This document shows positions 27,490 to 39,100 of a stretch of DNA of 64,000 bases, in pieces. The notes beneath the pieces are model-generated. The model was not told the origin of the DNA and did no database searches. It was given only the letters and a program-made list of their open reading frames with translations. The stretch is from a virus, in IMG/VR virus record IMGVR_UViG_3300028558_000018, positions 32,001 through 96,000 of that record; one strand, written 5' to 3'. The stretch's first letter is position 1. Each line of letters opens with the position of its first letter. Made by a program: the position numbers and the translations under genes.

Positions 27490-28565
27490 TTCCCAGTAAT
27501 TAATATTGAATATCCGGTGTTATATCCTGAATAGCCAAATTGAACTATTTGCTGAGTCCCGTCATAAACCAATCTATTTAGCGAATGAAATATTCCATCG
27601 CTGCCGAAAGTTGATAAATATCCAGTATAACCCGTTAATCCAGACACGTAACTCATTGGATAATTTGCCCCGTCATTTTGCCCCGTCATGGAACTTCCCC
27701 ATACGCCGGTAAAATTTCCGCTAGCAGCCCCAGAAACCCAAGTAAGAGAAACTAACGCGGGCAATCCCGAAATAGTATATTCTGCCGAGCCTTTATAATT
27801 AGCCCAAGATAACGAATTTGTCAAATTGCCACTTCCTGAAATACCATTTGAAAAATTCGCACTTAAAATTTGGGTTATGGGATAGGTTGTTATCATGCTC
27901 AAACCAGTAGAAAAGGTTCCGAAATTCGTATAAAAAGTATAGGGAACGACTTGAACATTATCTGATAAATTCTCCAAATCAGTATCGGTAAAGTTTTTGG
28001 TAATATAAAATAATTGAGGGGACGCGCTTGTTATATTTCCTGTGTTTCCACTATATGGATAATAACCACTTCCATCGTATCCAGAGAATATTTTAAAATT
28101 ATTATTGGTGATAGAATTTATAAAATAACCGCTTCCCGTTGGGTTATTGCCTGAGAAATTAACCCCTGAAATTGAAAAAGAGGGATAATCACCGCTAAAA
28201 TACAAACTTAAATTATTTACTATACAGTTTTGGGGGTTGATATAAAAATATTCAATCGGCCCTAAATTTCTCGGCGCGGATAAACTAATCGGAATATAAT
28301 TGCCATAAATATTGTGCCCCGAGGAAGAAAAAGCCCCGTTTATATTTACCGTTGCCCCACTTTGATAAGAGTAAATTTGGCGGGAGTTCCCGTCATAAAT
28401 TTTCCCACTCACAAAATTGTAACTAGAAACATTTCCTGACGCGCCAGAAAACCCTAATAAACATGACCCAGTAGTATTGCTTAGATTAATGGAAAATTCA
28501 TAAGTAAAATCCCCCGTTTGAGTGGCGATACTTCTTTTATTATATCCCGTTAAATTAGTTATCAT
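27486..28565 (-). CDS. Tail tip/baseplate protein, SG/TG-rich
   Basis: Last gene of the tail operon; beta-rich. Confidence 0.55.
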   Translation of the reverse strand: MITNLTGYNKRSIATQTGDFTYEFSINLSNTTGSCLLGFSGASGNVSSYNFVSGKIYDGNSRQIYSYQSGATVNINGAFSSSGHNIYGNYIPISLSAPRNLGPIEYFYINPQNCIVNNLSLYFSGDYPSFSISGVNFSGNNPTGSGYFINSITNNNFKIFSGYDGSGYYPYSGNTGNITSASPQLFYITKNFTDTDLENLSDNVQVVPYTFYTNFGTFSTGLSMITTYPITQILSANFSNGISGSGNLTNSLSWANYKGSAEYTISGLPALVSLTWVSGAASGNFTGVWGSSMTGQNDGANYPMSYVSGLTGYTGYLSTFGSDGIFHSLNRLVYDGTQQIVQFGYSGYNTGYSILITGN

Positions 28566-30874
28566 CGAAAAGCAGGGTTGTGATTAAAATTTAACATAAT
28601 TGAGGGTAAATAGATTAATCTATATCTATTGAAAGCATTGTCGTAAGTATAACGAATAAATACATCAGGGTTTCTCACTCTCATTTTTTCTGTGCCGAGA
28701 ATATAACTGGTTCTAATCCCATTATCACTAATGCTAATACTGAATCCTTGAAATCCTTGGCCGATACTTAATGTAGGAATTGTCATATCAATATTGGGAA
28801 TCGTGTAGGTGGCGGAAAAGAATGGGCCGGGTTGATCAACTGACGTAATTTTTGATAAATCATTAAATACTGTGTCGAAATTCCCCCTATTTAATATATT
28901 TGTTTGATAATTTCCATAATAGAAATAACTTGCACCCAGAATTTGTTGTTCTGTAATATTCAATCTAGTCAAATCATAATAATTAACATTGGCAGTTTTT
29001 GGCGGTATATAATTTTCAAATTGTAATTTGGGCGCGAAATTTGTAATTTTTAAAGCCTGAGAATTGGTCACTCTTACAGTAAATGGATTCGTTTTCGGGG
29101 GGAGAATTGCTGAAAAAAGCTCTGCGTATCCGTCCCCGTTTATATTACTCTTTGTATTAGTTCCAAAGTAAAAAACGGAATAAGTCAAAGTTTTTTCAAC
29201 CCCACCAACGGTTGCCGTATGGCTTCCGCTAAAATCCGCCGAAGAACCTTCTACGAGGATTGTATTGCCGAAAAACCCAACGGTGCCCGCGCTAGCTGGA
29301 TTATTTTGAACTCCATCATTTTTGTCCACAAAATTATCTTGGGGCTTCCAAATAGGCTTAACTGCTTTTATAACATATACGGCGGGAGGTAGAGAAGTCT
29401 GCCCAACCAAAGTTTGTCCGTCTATCGGTAAGGGGTTATTTTCTATAAAGTCCCCCAATGTCATTGTCGAATATCCCGCTATTTCAGAGGATAAAGGTGC
29501 GATAACTTCGCTTAGAATTTTAACATTACTCAAAAGAGTATCTTCTGTGTAAGTTTCAAAATCGCTGGTTAATGCGCCCGTTAAAACATCAGCGGCGGTT
29601 TGACCGGGCATTTTGATATAGAAAAATTTGCCCAATGCCGTTGCATATGCTTTATATTTATTATAAAGATTTTGAAAATCTCCACCGAAATAACATCCTA
29701 CCGCATACCAGTCATAATTATCTATAATTGGTTGATATTTTGATCCAGATAAAACGCGGTTGACTACAACTCTATCACTTCCTCCTATGGAAGTGTTTAA
29801 AGTCCGAACGTTAAATAATGTCCCCATATAATCTGATGGGTTACTTGTTCCCAGCGCGACCCCATTTACCGCCAAAGAATATAATAAAAACGCTTCCTCC
29901 CCGTAATAGGCTGCTTTTACTCTATTTTCAAAAACAGCGGGTTCCGTTAGTCCCAAATGCTTTGCTTTTAATGGAGTTGGCCCCGTAGGACTTAAATCCA
30001 GATAATTCATAATGAAATTAGTTGTTGATGGGGGTGAATCTGGTAATAGCTCGCCATCTTTATTGAACTGTCCATCAATAGCGCGGGTAAATGAGTCTTT
30101 AATCGAATATCTAGTGCTTGCCGTCGCCACCCCATTAGTATTTCTAGCATTATTCGCTAAAGTCACAACTGCCGAAAGATTAGCGGGATTATTTAAGTCC
30201 ACGAAATTAAGTTTTCTGTTTTCCCAGTAAAACCCAAGGGCCAAATCATTGCACCACGCGGATAAAACCTCTCTGAGCCTTCCACAATAAGATTGATAAT
30301 AATTTTGGGCGGCTTTATCCAAAGTAACCGTGCCCCCCAAAATATTTTGCCCGCGCATCTTTTCTAATAATTGCGGGAAAGAATACACAACATCGGGGAC
30401 TTTTAACGGATCATAATAACTCAATAAAGCACTAGAGTCGAACAATTGAGACGTAGAATTTGTTAATGCACTATTAATAATACTCTCGAAGCCAATAACG
30501 ATAGTATTTTCATATGCTTTTTCATTATCGACTCCACGACTTTTTAATTTTATAATTTGCTTATCCAAATAAACAATTGACTCATCTACATAATCAATTT
30601 GTAAAAATTTCCCCTTTGGTGACTCTTCTATAATATACTCCATAGGATACATATAGAGGGTAATTTTTGTCCCAATATCTATTTGAACGGGAGTTCCTAT
30701 CGTATAAAGCGAATCCGGACTGATATTAAAAATCCCCGTTTCGTTTGTAACGGTGACACGAAGAGTCGAAGGCTGTTCACCATAATTCGCGTCATATTGA
30801 ACAGAGTAAATATACCCGCCAAAGGCTTGATTAATACCGTCAATTTTTACATTATCTAGTTGTTTAATAGCCAT
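28562..30874 (-). CDS. Baseplate hub / Tal-like tail protein
   Basis: Synteny after TMP; hub-like N-terminus (FGGYIYSV...PSTLRVTV; Y.G.LREVLSAWCNDL...FYW). Confidence 0.5.
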   Translation of the reverse strand: MAIKQLDNVKIDGINQAFGGYIYSVQYDANYGEQPSTLRVTVTNETGIFNISPDSLYTIGTPVQIDIGTKITLYMYPMEYIIEESPKGKFLQIDYVDESIVYLDKQIIKLKSRGVDNEKAYENTIVIGFESIINSALTNSTSQLFDSSALLSYYDPLKVPDVVYSFPQLLEKMRGQNILGGTVTLDKAAQNYYQSYCGRLREVLSAWCNDLALGFYWENRKLNFVDLNNPANLSAVVTLANNARNTNGVATASTRYSIKDSFTRAIDGQFNKDGELLPDSPPSTTNFIMNYLDLSPTGPTPLKAKHLGLTEPAVFENRVKAAYYGEEAFLLYSLAVNGVALGTSNPSDYMGTLFNVRTLNTSIGGSDRVVVNRVLSGSKYQPIIDNYDWYAVGCYFGGDFQNLYNKYKAYATALGKFFYIKMPGQTAADVLTGALTSDFETYTEDTLLSNVKILSEVIAPLSSEIAGYSTMTLGDFIENNPLPIDGQTLVGQTSLPPAVYVIKAVKPIWKPQDNFVDKNDGVQNNPASAGTVGFFGNTILVEGSSADFSGSHTATVGGVEKTLTYSVFYFGTNTKSNINGDGYAELFSAILPPKTNPFTVRVTNSQALKITNFAPKLQFENYIPPKTANVNYYDLTRLNITEQQILGASYFYYGNYQTNILNRGNFDTVFNDLSKITSVDQPGPFFSATYTIPNIDMTIPTLSIGQGFQGFSISISDNGIRTSYILGTEKMRVRNPDVFIRYTYDNAFNRYRLIYLPSIMLNFNHNPAFR

Positions 30875-30879
30875 GTTAT

Positions 30880-32901
30880 TTAGCCCCAGTAAAGGGTTGA
30901 AGAATCATCGTCGTCATTAATTGATAATAAGTTCCCGTTATAAATAGCTATTCCACTAATTAAATCCACTTTACTATGCTCGATAAATAAGCTAGGATCA
31001 ATTCTCGCTCCATTTAAATAATAGCTGCTTGATTCGCGATAGAACTTCGTCCCTGAATATCTATCATATCGGCCCGTTTGTTGAATTTCTCCAGTATATA
31101 ACAATGAGGAATAAATAGTCCCGCTAATTCCTGATATTTGAGGTGAAAAATTCATCGCCCCAGAAACATCAATAGTATAATCTATCCCACTTACCATTCT
31201 TAGACCATTCAAATAAAGATGATATTGCCCCCACGAAAGCTGACCCGAATAAAGATACCCAGAACCAGTTTTATAAAAAATATAGCGATTTTGCTGTTGT
31301 GAATGATCATAATATTCTGCATCAGAACCGCTAACAAATCTATTTGAATAAAAATATTGATTTCCAGAGGTGTAATAGTCTGCAATTGGAGTAACGGTCA
31401 AATTATAATATTGCCCAGAAATAGAATATCCACTTTCAAGTTGCAAAACCCCATTGTTCCACAAATTCAAATTCCCAGATTGATAAATTCCATTTGAGGC
31501 AAATTCTCCCTGTATTTGATCGTAATAGGCTTGTTTTCCAAGGTAGCCTACAATATCTGTCCCAGTAATACTAATAATCTCTTGAAGATCGCCAGTGTTT
31601 CTCTCCCATAGATAACTAATATAATCCATTCCAAACCCATTTTCGTAGCCAGTATTAACAATATAACCCGTATAAGCGTCGGATATTTTATAATATCCAG
31701 TAACTTGATTCCCCAGTGGAATAGTTTGATACCCAGAAGTTAAATAGCCGGTATTTTGAACGATATTAAAAACGGGATAAAGAGAACAGTTGGAGCCATA
31801 ACTGAGGAATGACCCTTCGATAGTTATCAAACTAGCATCAACATAACCTGTATAAATAGAAAATATTCCGCCGCTATAAAGATAAATTTGGCCCGAATCT
31901 TGAATATAATAGGGATTATAATCTCCAGAACCAGTGACGCCAGAGCTTATCATCCGATAATAGCCAGAAGGAATCCCGGTTATTGGAGATACTATTCCAC
32001 CGCTATAATAATAATTTTGTCCCACGGTAGAAACATAAATCGGCTCTCCGTAATATCCGTTTATTAAATTTTGATAATCAGGATTACTAGAGCTATATCC
32101 GCTAAATGACTCTGTGTAAGAATTTATTCCTGTAGTCCCCGTGAAAATAGTTTGATATCCAGTGGTAATAGAGTTTGTTAATGTTCCGCTAATAGATGGG
32201 AATCCACTTGCAATAGAATATAGTCCAGAAAATAATTTGGTTAAACTATTTGTTGGCAAGCTGGTTTTGGTTACTATAAAAGTATCCATAGACCCAGAAA
32301 AGTTTAATGTAGGTAAATATGGACAGATATTTTTTCCCAAATTCCAAGAGTCAGAGGGCAATAGGTAGGATGAATTGATATAAAAATTCTCATTAATTAA
32401 CGCTTTTTGTGAAAAATCATAATAATTAAAACTAATATTATTTAGCCCCACTCCTACTGCGACGGCATTGTTTTGTCCATAAATAACATCTGAAGTTAAA
32501 ACGACTGGCGCGCCATTATTATATTCAAAATATAGTCTATTGGCATCATTCACTCCTATGTTAAATCCTGAATAATAACCCCCCGCCGTCCCAGTTAAGG
32601 AGCTAAAAATAACCCCGCCGCCCGTAGTTGGTTTGGAGTAAGTGAATAAAAAAGTTAAATTATTAGAAAAACCGCCATTTGGGATATTTTGAACTTGAAC
32701 AAATGATGACCCGTTGAAATTGCCGCTTCCATTGGCGCAAAGCCCCGTGTTTCCAACAACTAATCCCGAATAGGTGGAATTTCCATTAAGAACGGACGGT
32801 AAAAGGCTATTGACCTGACCTGTGAACGGATAAAAAACGGCAAAATTATTAGGATTCAGCCCTAAGTAATTATAGAAATAGTTGATGCCGGTGGAACTCA
32901 T
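30880..32901 (-). CDS. Tail protein with N-terminal LamG/concanavalin-like domain
   Basis: FNGSSFV, FNIGVND..RLYF, WNLG..FSGSMD; later LYLNG.R...G.DY repeats. Confidence 0.6.
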   Translation of the reverse strand: MSSTGINYFYNYLGLNPNNFAVFYPFTGQVNSLLPSVLNGNSTYSGLVVGNTGLCANGSGNFNGSSFVQVQNIPNGGFSNNLTFLFTYSKPTTGGGVIFSSLTGTAGGYYSGFNIGVNDANRLYFEYNNGAPVVLTSDVIYGQNNAVAVGVGLNNISFNYYDFSQKALINENFYINSSYLLPSDSWNLGKNICPYLPTLNFSGSMDTFIVTKTSLPTNSLTKLFSGLYSIASGFPSISGTLTNSITTGYQTIFTGTTGINSYTESFSGYSSSNPDYQNLINGYYGEPIYVSTVGQNYYYSGGIVSPITGIPSGYYRMISSGVTGSGDYNPYYIQDSGQIYLYSGGIFSIYTGYVDASLITIEGSFLSYGSNCSLYPVFNIVQNTGYLTSGYQTIPLGNQVTGYYKISDAYTGYIVNTGYENGFGMDYISYLWERNTGDLQEIISITGTDIVGYLGKQAYYDQIQGEFASNGIYQSGNLNLWNNGVLQLESGYSISGQYYNLTVTPIADYYTSGNQYFYSNRFVSGSDAEYYDHSQQQNRYIFYKTGSGYLYSGQLSWGQYHLYLNGLRMVSGIDYTIDVSGAMNFSPQISGISGTIYSSLLYTGEIQQTGRYDRYSGTKFYRESSSYYLNGARIDPSLFIEHSKVDLISGIAIYNGNLLSINDDDDSSTLYWG

Positions 32902-32924
32902 TTTGTGCCTTTTACCAAGAAAAG

Positions 32925-32951
32925 ATTAACCCAAAACGAGAGAAAAGTGAA
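32925..32951 (-). promoter_or_regulatory. Phage late-type promoter TTCAC-N15-GGTTAAT
   Basis: Exact spacing, upstream of 32901. Confidence 0.7.
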
Positions 32952-32952
32952 C

Positions 32953-34563
32953 TTAGAGCACTAAAATTTGAGTATAATTGCCCGTATTACCCAAGGTGTC
33001 AGACGAATCATAAGACCACCTACAAGTAAAATTACCATTATTAGTATTTTCTAGTCCAATCTTATATTCTTCTAGAAATAAATTGTCAAATCCACTGGTG
33101 TAATCATAATAGACTTTATTAATGAATTGTTTTAAATAAGTTGTTTCATTTACCCCCGTAATATTTCTTTGGCCGACGAATGAACCTTGAATATTCATCG
33201 CACCACGACTTACATATCCTAAATCAGTTGTTTGATAACGCGGTGAACCCCCAGTTGCGTCAATAAGAGGCTCGGAAACAATTCTGCGCAAAGGAGGTGT
33301 AAAGGACAAATTATATTGGAGTTGTTCAAAACCAACGGATTGAGGTAATTCTTTATTATTAAATTGGAATGAGAAATTAATATTGCCGTTAAATTTATCA
33401 AATATAATATTTTCTGAATTTGGCACATAGTTTAAAATCGCAGAGGACGATCCACTAGCATATTCTAAATAACCAGAGTTAGCCAAAGAATAAAAACTTA
33501 GCCCCGAATAATATTGATTTACTTTATTCCATTTGTCTAACAAATCTCCGCGCCCAAAAATTTGGCCATTAATTCCTACAGAAATTGCATCATCACCGCT
33601 ATTAATATTCAAATTATACTCTAAGTTAACTTGGGGGTTGGGATTATCATCATAAGAAAAACTAAAATCAATTTTTTTGTTGAAAGAATCTTCGTTTATC
33701 GTTTTCGTTAATGGAGTTGGGTTGAAAGTAACGCCAGAATTTGTCACATACATTAACGAGTTGAATGGGTTAAAACCACTCATTCTGTCTCTCGCCAAAT
33801 TAAAATCATCCACATAGCCACCTATGATACTTCCCTTTATAGAAGCGTGATTAAACCCTATTTGATTTTGCTCGCTGTCAATTGAATAACGAAGAATACC
33901 ATAATCGCAAGGCTGATATTGATCTAATTTCCAATTTTCTATTATTGAAAAACTTCCATTAAATCTATCGGGAATTTCCGCCACGGAAATCAATGCGCCG
34001 CTATTTCTCCAATTTTGAATTAATACCGGAGATGTAAAGTTGCTAAACCCCGTTCTCCCAATTACGAAATTTTTCGCATTTTGAAATGCATTTGTGCCAG
34101 ACGTAGTATTAAAACCCCGCGCCGAAATAGTATGCGCCATATCGAGAGTTCCATTATTGGACTCTTTTAGCTCCCAAGTATCTTTTGGCTCAAGGACTCC
34201 ATAATAACCAGAGAAAAATCCCGATGGGTAACTTTTGAGAGTAATTCTATAGGGAAGAATATTTACATATCGGTCGCTGTCAAAAACGATACTTTGGATA
34301 ATAACATTTTGTAGGGATTCAATGACTGCGCCCGTTTCAATTAAATTAAGAGTTCCAAAATCCTGATTAAATCCACTTAGAACTTGTAATTGGCCGGATG
34401 TTAAATTATCAAACTGACAACCCGTGATTTGTCCGACTATTGACCAAGTTTGTTCCGCGCCCCAACGTTCGCCATAGGAGATATTGCCCTTTACTCTACC
34501 AATAAATGGAGTGGGAAACCCCGAAAAAGGATAAGCGTTATTATATCGGATTAAAGTGGACAT
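32953..34563 (-). CDS. Tail tip protein
   Basis: Second gene after TMP; beta-rich; architecture similar to 34565-36166. Confidence 0.5.
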   Translation of the reverse strand: MSTLIRYNNAYPFSGFPTPFIGRVKGNISYGERWGAEQTWSIVGQITGCQFDNLTSGQLQVLSGFNQDFGTLNLIETGAVIESLQNVIIQSIVFDSDRYVNILPYRITLKSYPSGFFSGYYGVLEPKDTWELKESNNGTLDMAHTISARGFNTTSGTNAFQNAKNFVIGRTGFSNFTSPVLIQNWRNSGALISVAEIPDRFNGSFSIIENWKLDQYQPCDYGILRYSIDSEQNQIGFNHASIKGSIIGGYVDDFNLARDRMSGFNPFNSLMYVTNSGVTFNPTPLTKTINEDSFNKKIDFSFSYDDNPNPQVNLEYNLNINSGDDAISVGINGQIFGRGDLLDKWNKVNQYYSGLSFYSLANSGYLEYASGSSSAILNYVPNSENIIFDKFNGNINFSFQFNNKELPQSVGFEQLQYNLSFTPPLRRIVSEPLIDATGGSPRYQTTDLGYVSRGAMNIQGSFVGQRNITGVNETTYLKQFINKVYYDYTSGFDNLFLEEYKIGLENTNNGNFTCRWSYDSSDTLGNTGNYTQILVL

Positions 34564-34564
34564 T

Positions 34565-36166
34565 TTACGCGGGGTAGATATTCGCTACCGACTGATAACC
34601 CCAAGATGCCTGAGCCGTGAAATTTTTACTAATAGGATTATAGCTATAATTAATATTTTCTAAAAATGGGTCTGTTCCGCTGGGAAGATTATTATTGAAA
34701 ATTGTTTGAGCCTGCGCTTTAAATCCTGATAAATTAGTATCGCGGAATCCTAATAAATTAATGTTAATATTACGCTGTCCCAATGTCACGTTTTGAGTAT
34801 TTTGAACAATTTCTTTGTATGAGAGAATATTGAATTTGTTAATCAATTGAACAGGATAACTATCTTCGATATTAATCTCTTGGAGTTTAATTAATGGATT
34901 ATTCGTCGCATAAACTGGATTGTCCGTGTAAGAATTGGAGTAAGAAAGCCGCCCCTGAAATTGGTCCCCATTAGTAGATTGCGACACCAGATTGATCCCA
35001 TAAAGAGTCGCATAAGGAATTTGGCCCGTATAAAAAGAATATGAGCGGGCATATATTCCCGTTTTAACAACTCCATAACCACTTTTTGCCCGAGGATAGC
35101 CTACATAAATAGGATTGCCAAAACCCTGAATATTTCCATTCTCAGTAATTGTAAAATATTGATTATTTTTAGTTATTTCATTAGTATAAGTCCAATTAAA
35201 TCCACTATTCTGTTCGGATTTATTAGTGTAGCTTATAGAGTAGCTACCCTTATTTTCGAAATGATTTAAATTCTTTGATAAACTCGTATAAGTAGAAAAT
35301 AATGGATAACTTATCCCACTATAATTATTATAAACTCCCGATGCGCGAGCAAAAGATGAGGTGATTAAATTATCCATCGTTTGCCATAATTGGTTGGCAA
35401 AAACCGGATTAACCGCCCCAGTAATTGATTGCACCGTTGCATTCTCCGTAATTGTCGCATTGCCCGCTTCGTCACGAGAAAAAGAATCAGTTAAAGTGTA
35501 AATTAATCCACTGTTATTCGTGGGACGGGTATAATTTTGAGAAAATGCACATTGATTAGTAATAGCATCATAAGTCTCGCTATAAATTGTGCGGCCTAGT
35601 GTGAGATTTTCCCCACTGGTTAAATATCCATAAGAACTATTGCCCGCCATTAATCCCACGGCTAGATTTTGTGCAAGTTGAATGGGGTTATTTCCCGCCG
35701 CGCCACGCCACATTTTAACATTTACTCCGTGAGAATAGCTAAATTCTTGGCCGTTTTTATTATAAGTAAAATTTTCGCTGAATGATTCAATAGAGGAATA
35801 ATCGAAAGAGGACAACCCCGAATAAGTTGAGCCTGTTAAATTAAACAAATTACCAGAATTATAACAAGTAATGTCTATAGAGTAATTTTTCGTTCTAACG
35901 TCATTAGAAACTGGAAAGCTAATGTTGAGAATTCTTCCCGTGCCAAATGTATAGCCATTGACAATAACGGGCTGATAATCATTATCGCCAGAGAAGAATT
36001 GATCAATTTGATTTTGGATATTAGCTACCCCGCTATCATTAGTGATATTATCAAGGAATCCTTCAATTGTAAACGATGCTTGATTTTGATAACGAAAGTT
36101 CTCCCCAAAGAATTTACTCGTTTGATTATAGCCTAATACGCGAACATTTTGAAAATTAAGTGACAT
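34565..36166 (-). CDS. Distal-tail-like protein
   Basis: Immediately downstream of TMP; beta-rich. Confidence 0.5.
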   Translation of the reverse strand: MSLNFQNVRVLGYNQTSKFFGENFRYQNQASFTIEGFLDNITNDSGVANIQNQIDQFFSGDNDYQPVIVNGYTFGTGRILNISFPVSNDVRTKNYSIDITCYNSGNLFNLTGSTYSGLSSFDYSSIESFSENFTYNKNGQEFSYSHGVNVKMWRGAAGNNPIQLAQNLAVGLMAGNSSYGYLTSGENLTLGRTIYSETYDAITNQCAFSQNYTRPTNNSGLIYTLTDSFSRDEAGNATITENATVQSITGAVNPVFANQLWQTMDNLITSSFARASGVYNNYSGISYPLFSTYTSLSKNLNHFENKGSYSISYTNKSEQNSGFNWTYTNEITKNNQYFTITENGNIQGFGNPIYVGYPRAKSGYGVVKTGIYARSYSFYTGQIPYATLYGINLVSQSTNGDQFQGRLSYSNSYTDNPVYATNNPLIKLQEINIEDSYPVQLINKFNILSYKEIVQNTQNVTLGQRNININLLGFRDTNLSGFKAQAQTIFNNNLPSGTDPFLENINYSYNPISKNFTAQASWGYQSVANIYPA

Positions 36167-39100
36167 TATGCGGCGGAGGGTTTAGCTATCCCGCCTTTGA
36201 GTTCGTCAATTTGCCCTTGAAGATTTTTATAATACGCACCAATGGAAGCGGTTATGAAAGATTTTAACTCTTCATTATTTTGCGCGCCGTTAACCGTCAC
36301 TTGGATTGCGGCTTGGATTTTTTGCGCAACGTCAAGAGTAATTCCATTTGTTGCTTTCTCAAGGAGGGCTTGGGATTTTTTCGTATCGTCGGAATCTTTA
36401 TCCTTTTCCTTCGGTTTCGTGGGATAAGTTTCGGGGAATCCGGCGCGAGTATTAGTTTTACTGTCGTAGGGGAGAAAACTTGGTGAATCTCCGACCCTAT
36501 CGGACATTTTACTAAAGTTCCGATGGGTTCTCCAGTCTTGATAAGCCGGATTAAGTTCTGGAGAATGGCCAACTAACGAACTAGAGTTTCCAAATCTTAC
36601 ATCATCATCAAGAGTGCTCACCCCTTTCCCATAAATCGTAACATTTCGCGGTGTATAATCCGGCGAATTAACTTTCTTCGCCGCAGTCTTTCTTGCCGCA
36701 GCAATTTGCTCTTGAACATTTTCTGCCGCCGAACCACTTCCCGCAATGGCAGTTCCCGCCGTAGATTGTTTTTTCCCAAATTCTTCCGTCGCCTTCGCGC
36801 TGGCTTCTTTCGCGGCATTCGCTACTTTCCCAGCGGTATCAATATCTTTATTTTTCTCCGCGTATTGTTTGTTTAATTCGTTAATTGCCGTGGTGTTATC
36901 CTCTAAACCCTTAACTAACTTTGAATTAGTAAATTGAGCGATTAGTAATTTTAAAGCGTCATCTCTTTTGTTAACATCTGGAGATAGCACCTGTAAAAAT
37001 GCATCGTTGTCTTTTAGATTATCCTTAACATCTTTAAAAATATCTTTCGCATTACCCCCTTTTAATAATCTATTAAAAATAGAAATTTCCCCCGTGGAAA
37101 CAGCCCCAGAATCAGCAGCCAAAGATTTTGCTTCGTTGTAATCTTTCCCAGAAACCTTTTGAAAGGCTCCTTTAAAAGAACTTTGTAGTTGAAGTTGATC
37201 GCCTTGAAGTCTCACGTATCCAGTATCAAATAAAGCGTCTTTATATTGTTGTTTTTTCCCAGCGGATTCCAATATTTTTTGCGCGTCCCCTCTTAATTTA
37301 TTAACTTCCCCTTGTTTAAGCAGGGCGTCATTTGACACGGCAAGTAAACCTTTGATATCTTCCAATCTACGCGCCGTAACCGCTGTATTAATAGCAACTT
37401 GCGCGGAATTATTATCACTAGAATATCCTTCATTAATTTTCTGTTGATCCGATTCTGATAACAAGCCGGGGACGGATAATTTCGCTTTACTTTTCGCCGC
37501 GTCAGGAATATTCCCCTGAATTTGTTGAGCCTGAGACAAAACGGAGGCAAATCTATCGTAAAGTTCTGGATTACGAGTTTTAATTCCGCTATCATCAAGA
37601 ATCTTCAATGCCCCATCATAATTTCTATCTCCACCGGGGCGGCGTTGACCATTTGGCCCCGTTGCACTCAATGCGTTGAAAATCTTTTGTTGTAATATCT
37701 CTAGAGTTCCAACGGATAGATTTTGGGTTCTAATTCCATTACCAGTTAATTCAGATTTGAATGTAGCTTTTAATTGATCTGCGGTTAATTGAGCTAATTT
37801 TTGTCTATCTTCAAATTCGAAAGACTTAGAAACTTTAGCTTGGATAGCGGGAGTTCTAACCGCCGCAATTTCTGGAAATAATTTGGCTAATTCAATCGCG
37901 CTTTGTGACTCGGTTAATCTAGCGCGAGCCGTTTGATTTTGCAATACCGCTTTTTGATTATTAGAAACATAGTCCCCGCGCCCCAATTGATATTCCCCAA
38001 TAGCACGAAAAGACGCGGCTTGCGAAGCGGCGACAAATGGAGAAGTATCTAATGATTTTCCTAAATTGCCTACGCCGCCGAAAGAACCAATTAAAGCCTG
38101 ACGACGAATGGCGGCTAAACGAGTGTTAATCTCAATATCGAGTAACTTGGTAGCTTCTTTTTGTTTAATCCCAAATTCGCCAATGGTTTTCTCATAATCA
38201 ATTAAATCTTGATACAATTGATTTTTAACCTTGCCAATATCCTCGCCCGCGATACCACCTTTAAAGTCTTTCGTATCGAGATTTAGAATTTTTTGAATTA
38301 ATTTATCTGGGTCGGTTTTACCAATTTCTTCTTTAAGCGCGTCAGAGGCACTTTGTTGTAAAACATTTGTAATTAATGACGCTATTTTCCCGCTCGCGTC
38401 CAATTTAATATCTTTTAAACCAGTTGTGGTTTGATCCCGTAAGGCTCTTTGTTGAATAATACCCTCCCCGCGAGCGATTGAAGAGTCAGTTAACCCATAG
38501 GAAAGCCCAGAGAGAACGGACTTCGCGGCGGAACTTCTTACATTATTTGTCGCAACATCACCCGTCAAAGTAATTTTTTGTTCGTTTAATCTAGTATCTA
38601 TTAATCTACGAAATTCTTTTTGAAAATTACTTAAAGCAACAAGATAAGCATTTAAATCTTTAGTGATTTCTTCGGCTTGTTTCCCTAATTTGGCTTCTCC
38701 TAAAGCAGAACTTAATACATTTAATCTCGCGTAATAATCAGTAATATCTTTAATTGGCACGCCAATAGCACGAATTGTCTCTTCTAATTTACTTTCGTTA
38801 ATTGTTTTCGACAGTTCATCAAATTTAGCTTGAAACTCTCCAATATTACTGCTGTTGATTTTCCCTGACTGCGCAACGTTTTTGCCGATAGTAACCAAAT
38901 CTTCGGTGCGATAGTTTCCGCCGAAACCCAATGATTTATTGTCTCTTTGTGCCAAAGCCCCCGCGCTGGATACTCCAATGGCTTTTTCAGCCAAAATTTC
39001 GCGACTCTTTTTAGCAAATTCAGATAATTTATCACCTAATTTATTGATATCGTCACCAGCACTTAATATATCTTGTTTTAATCTATTATCAGTAATTTCA

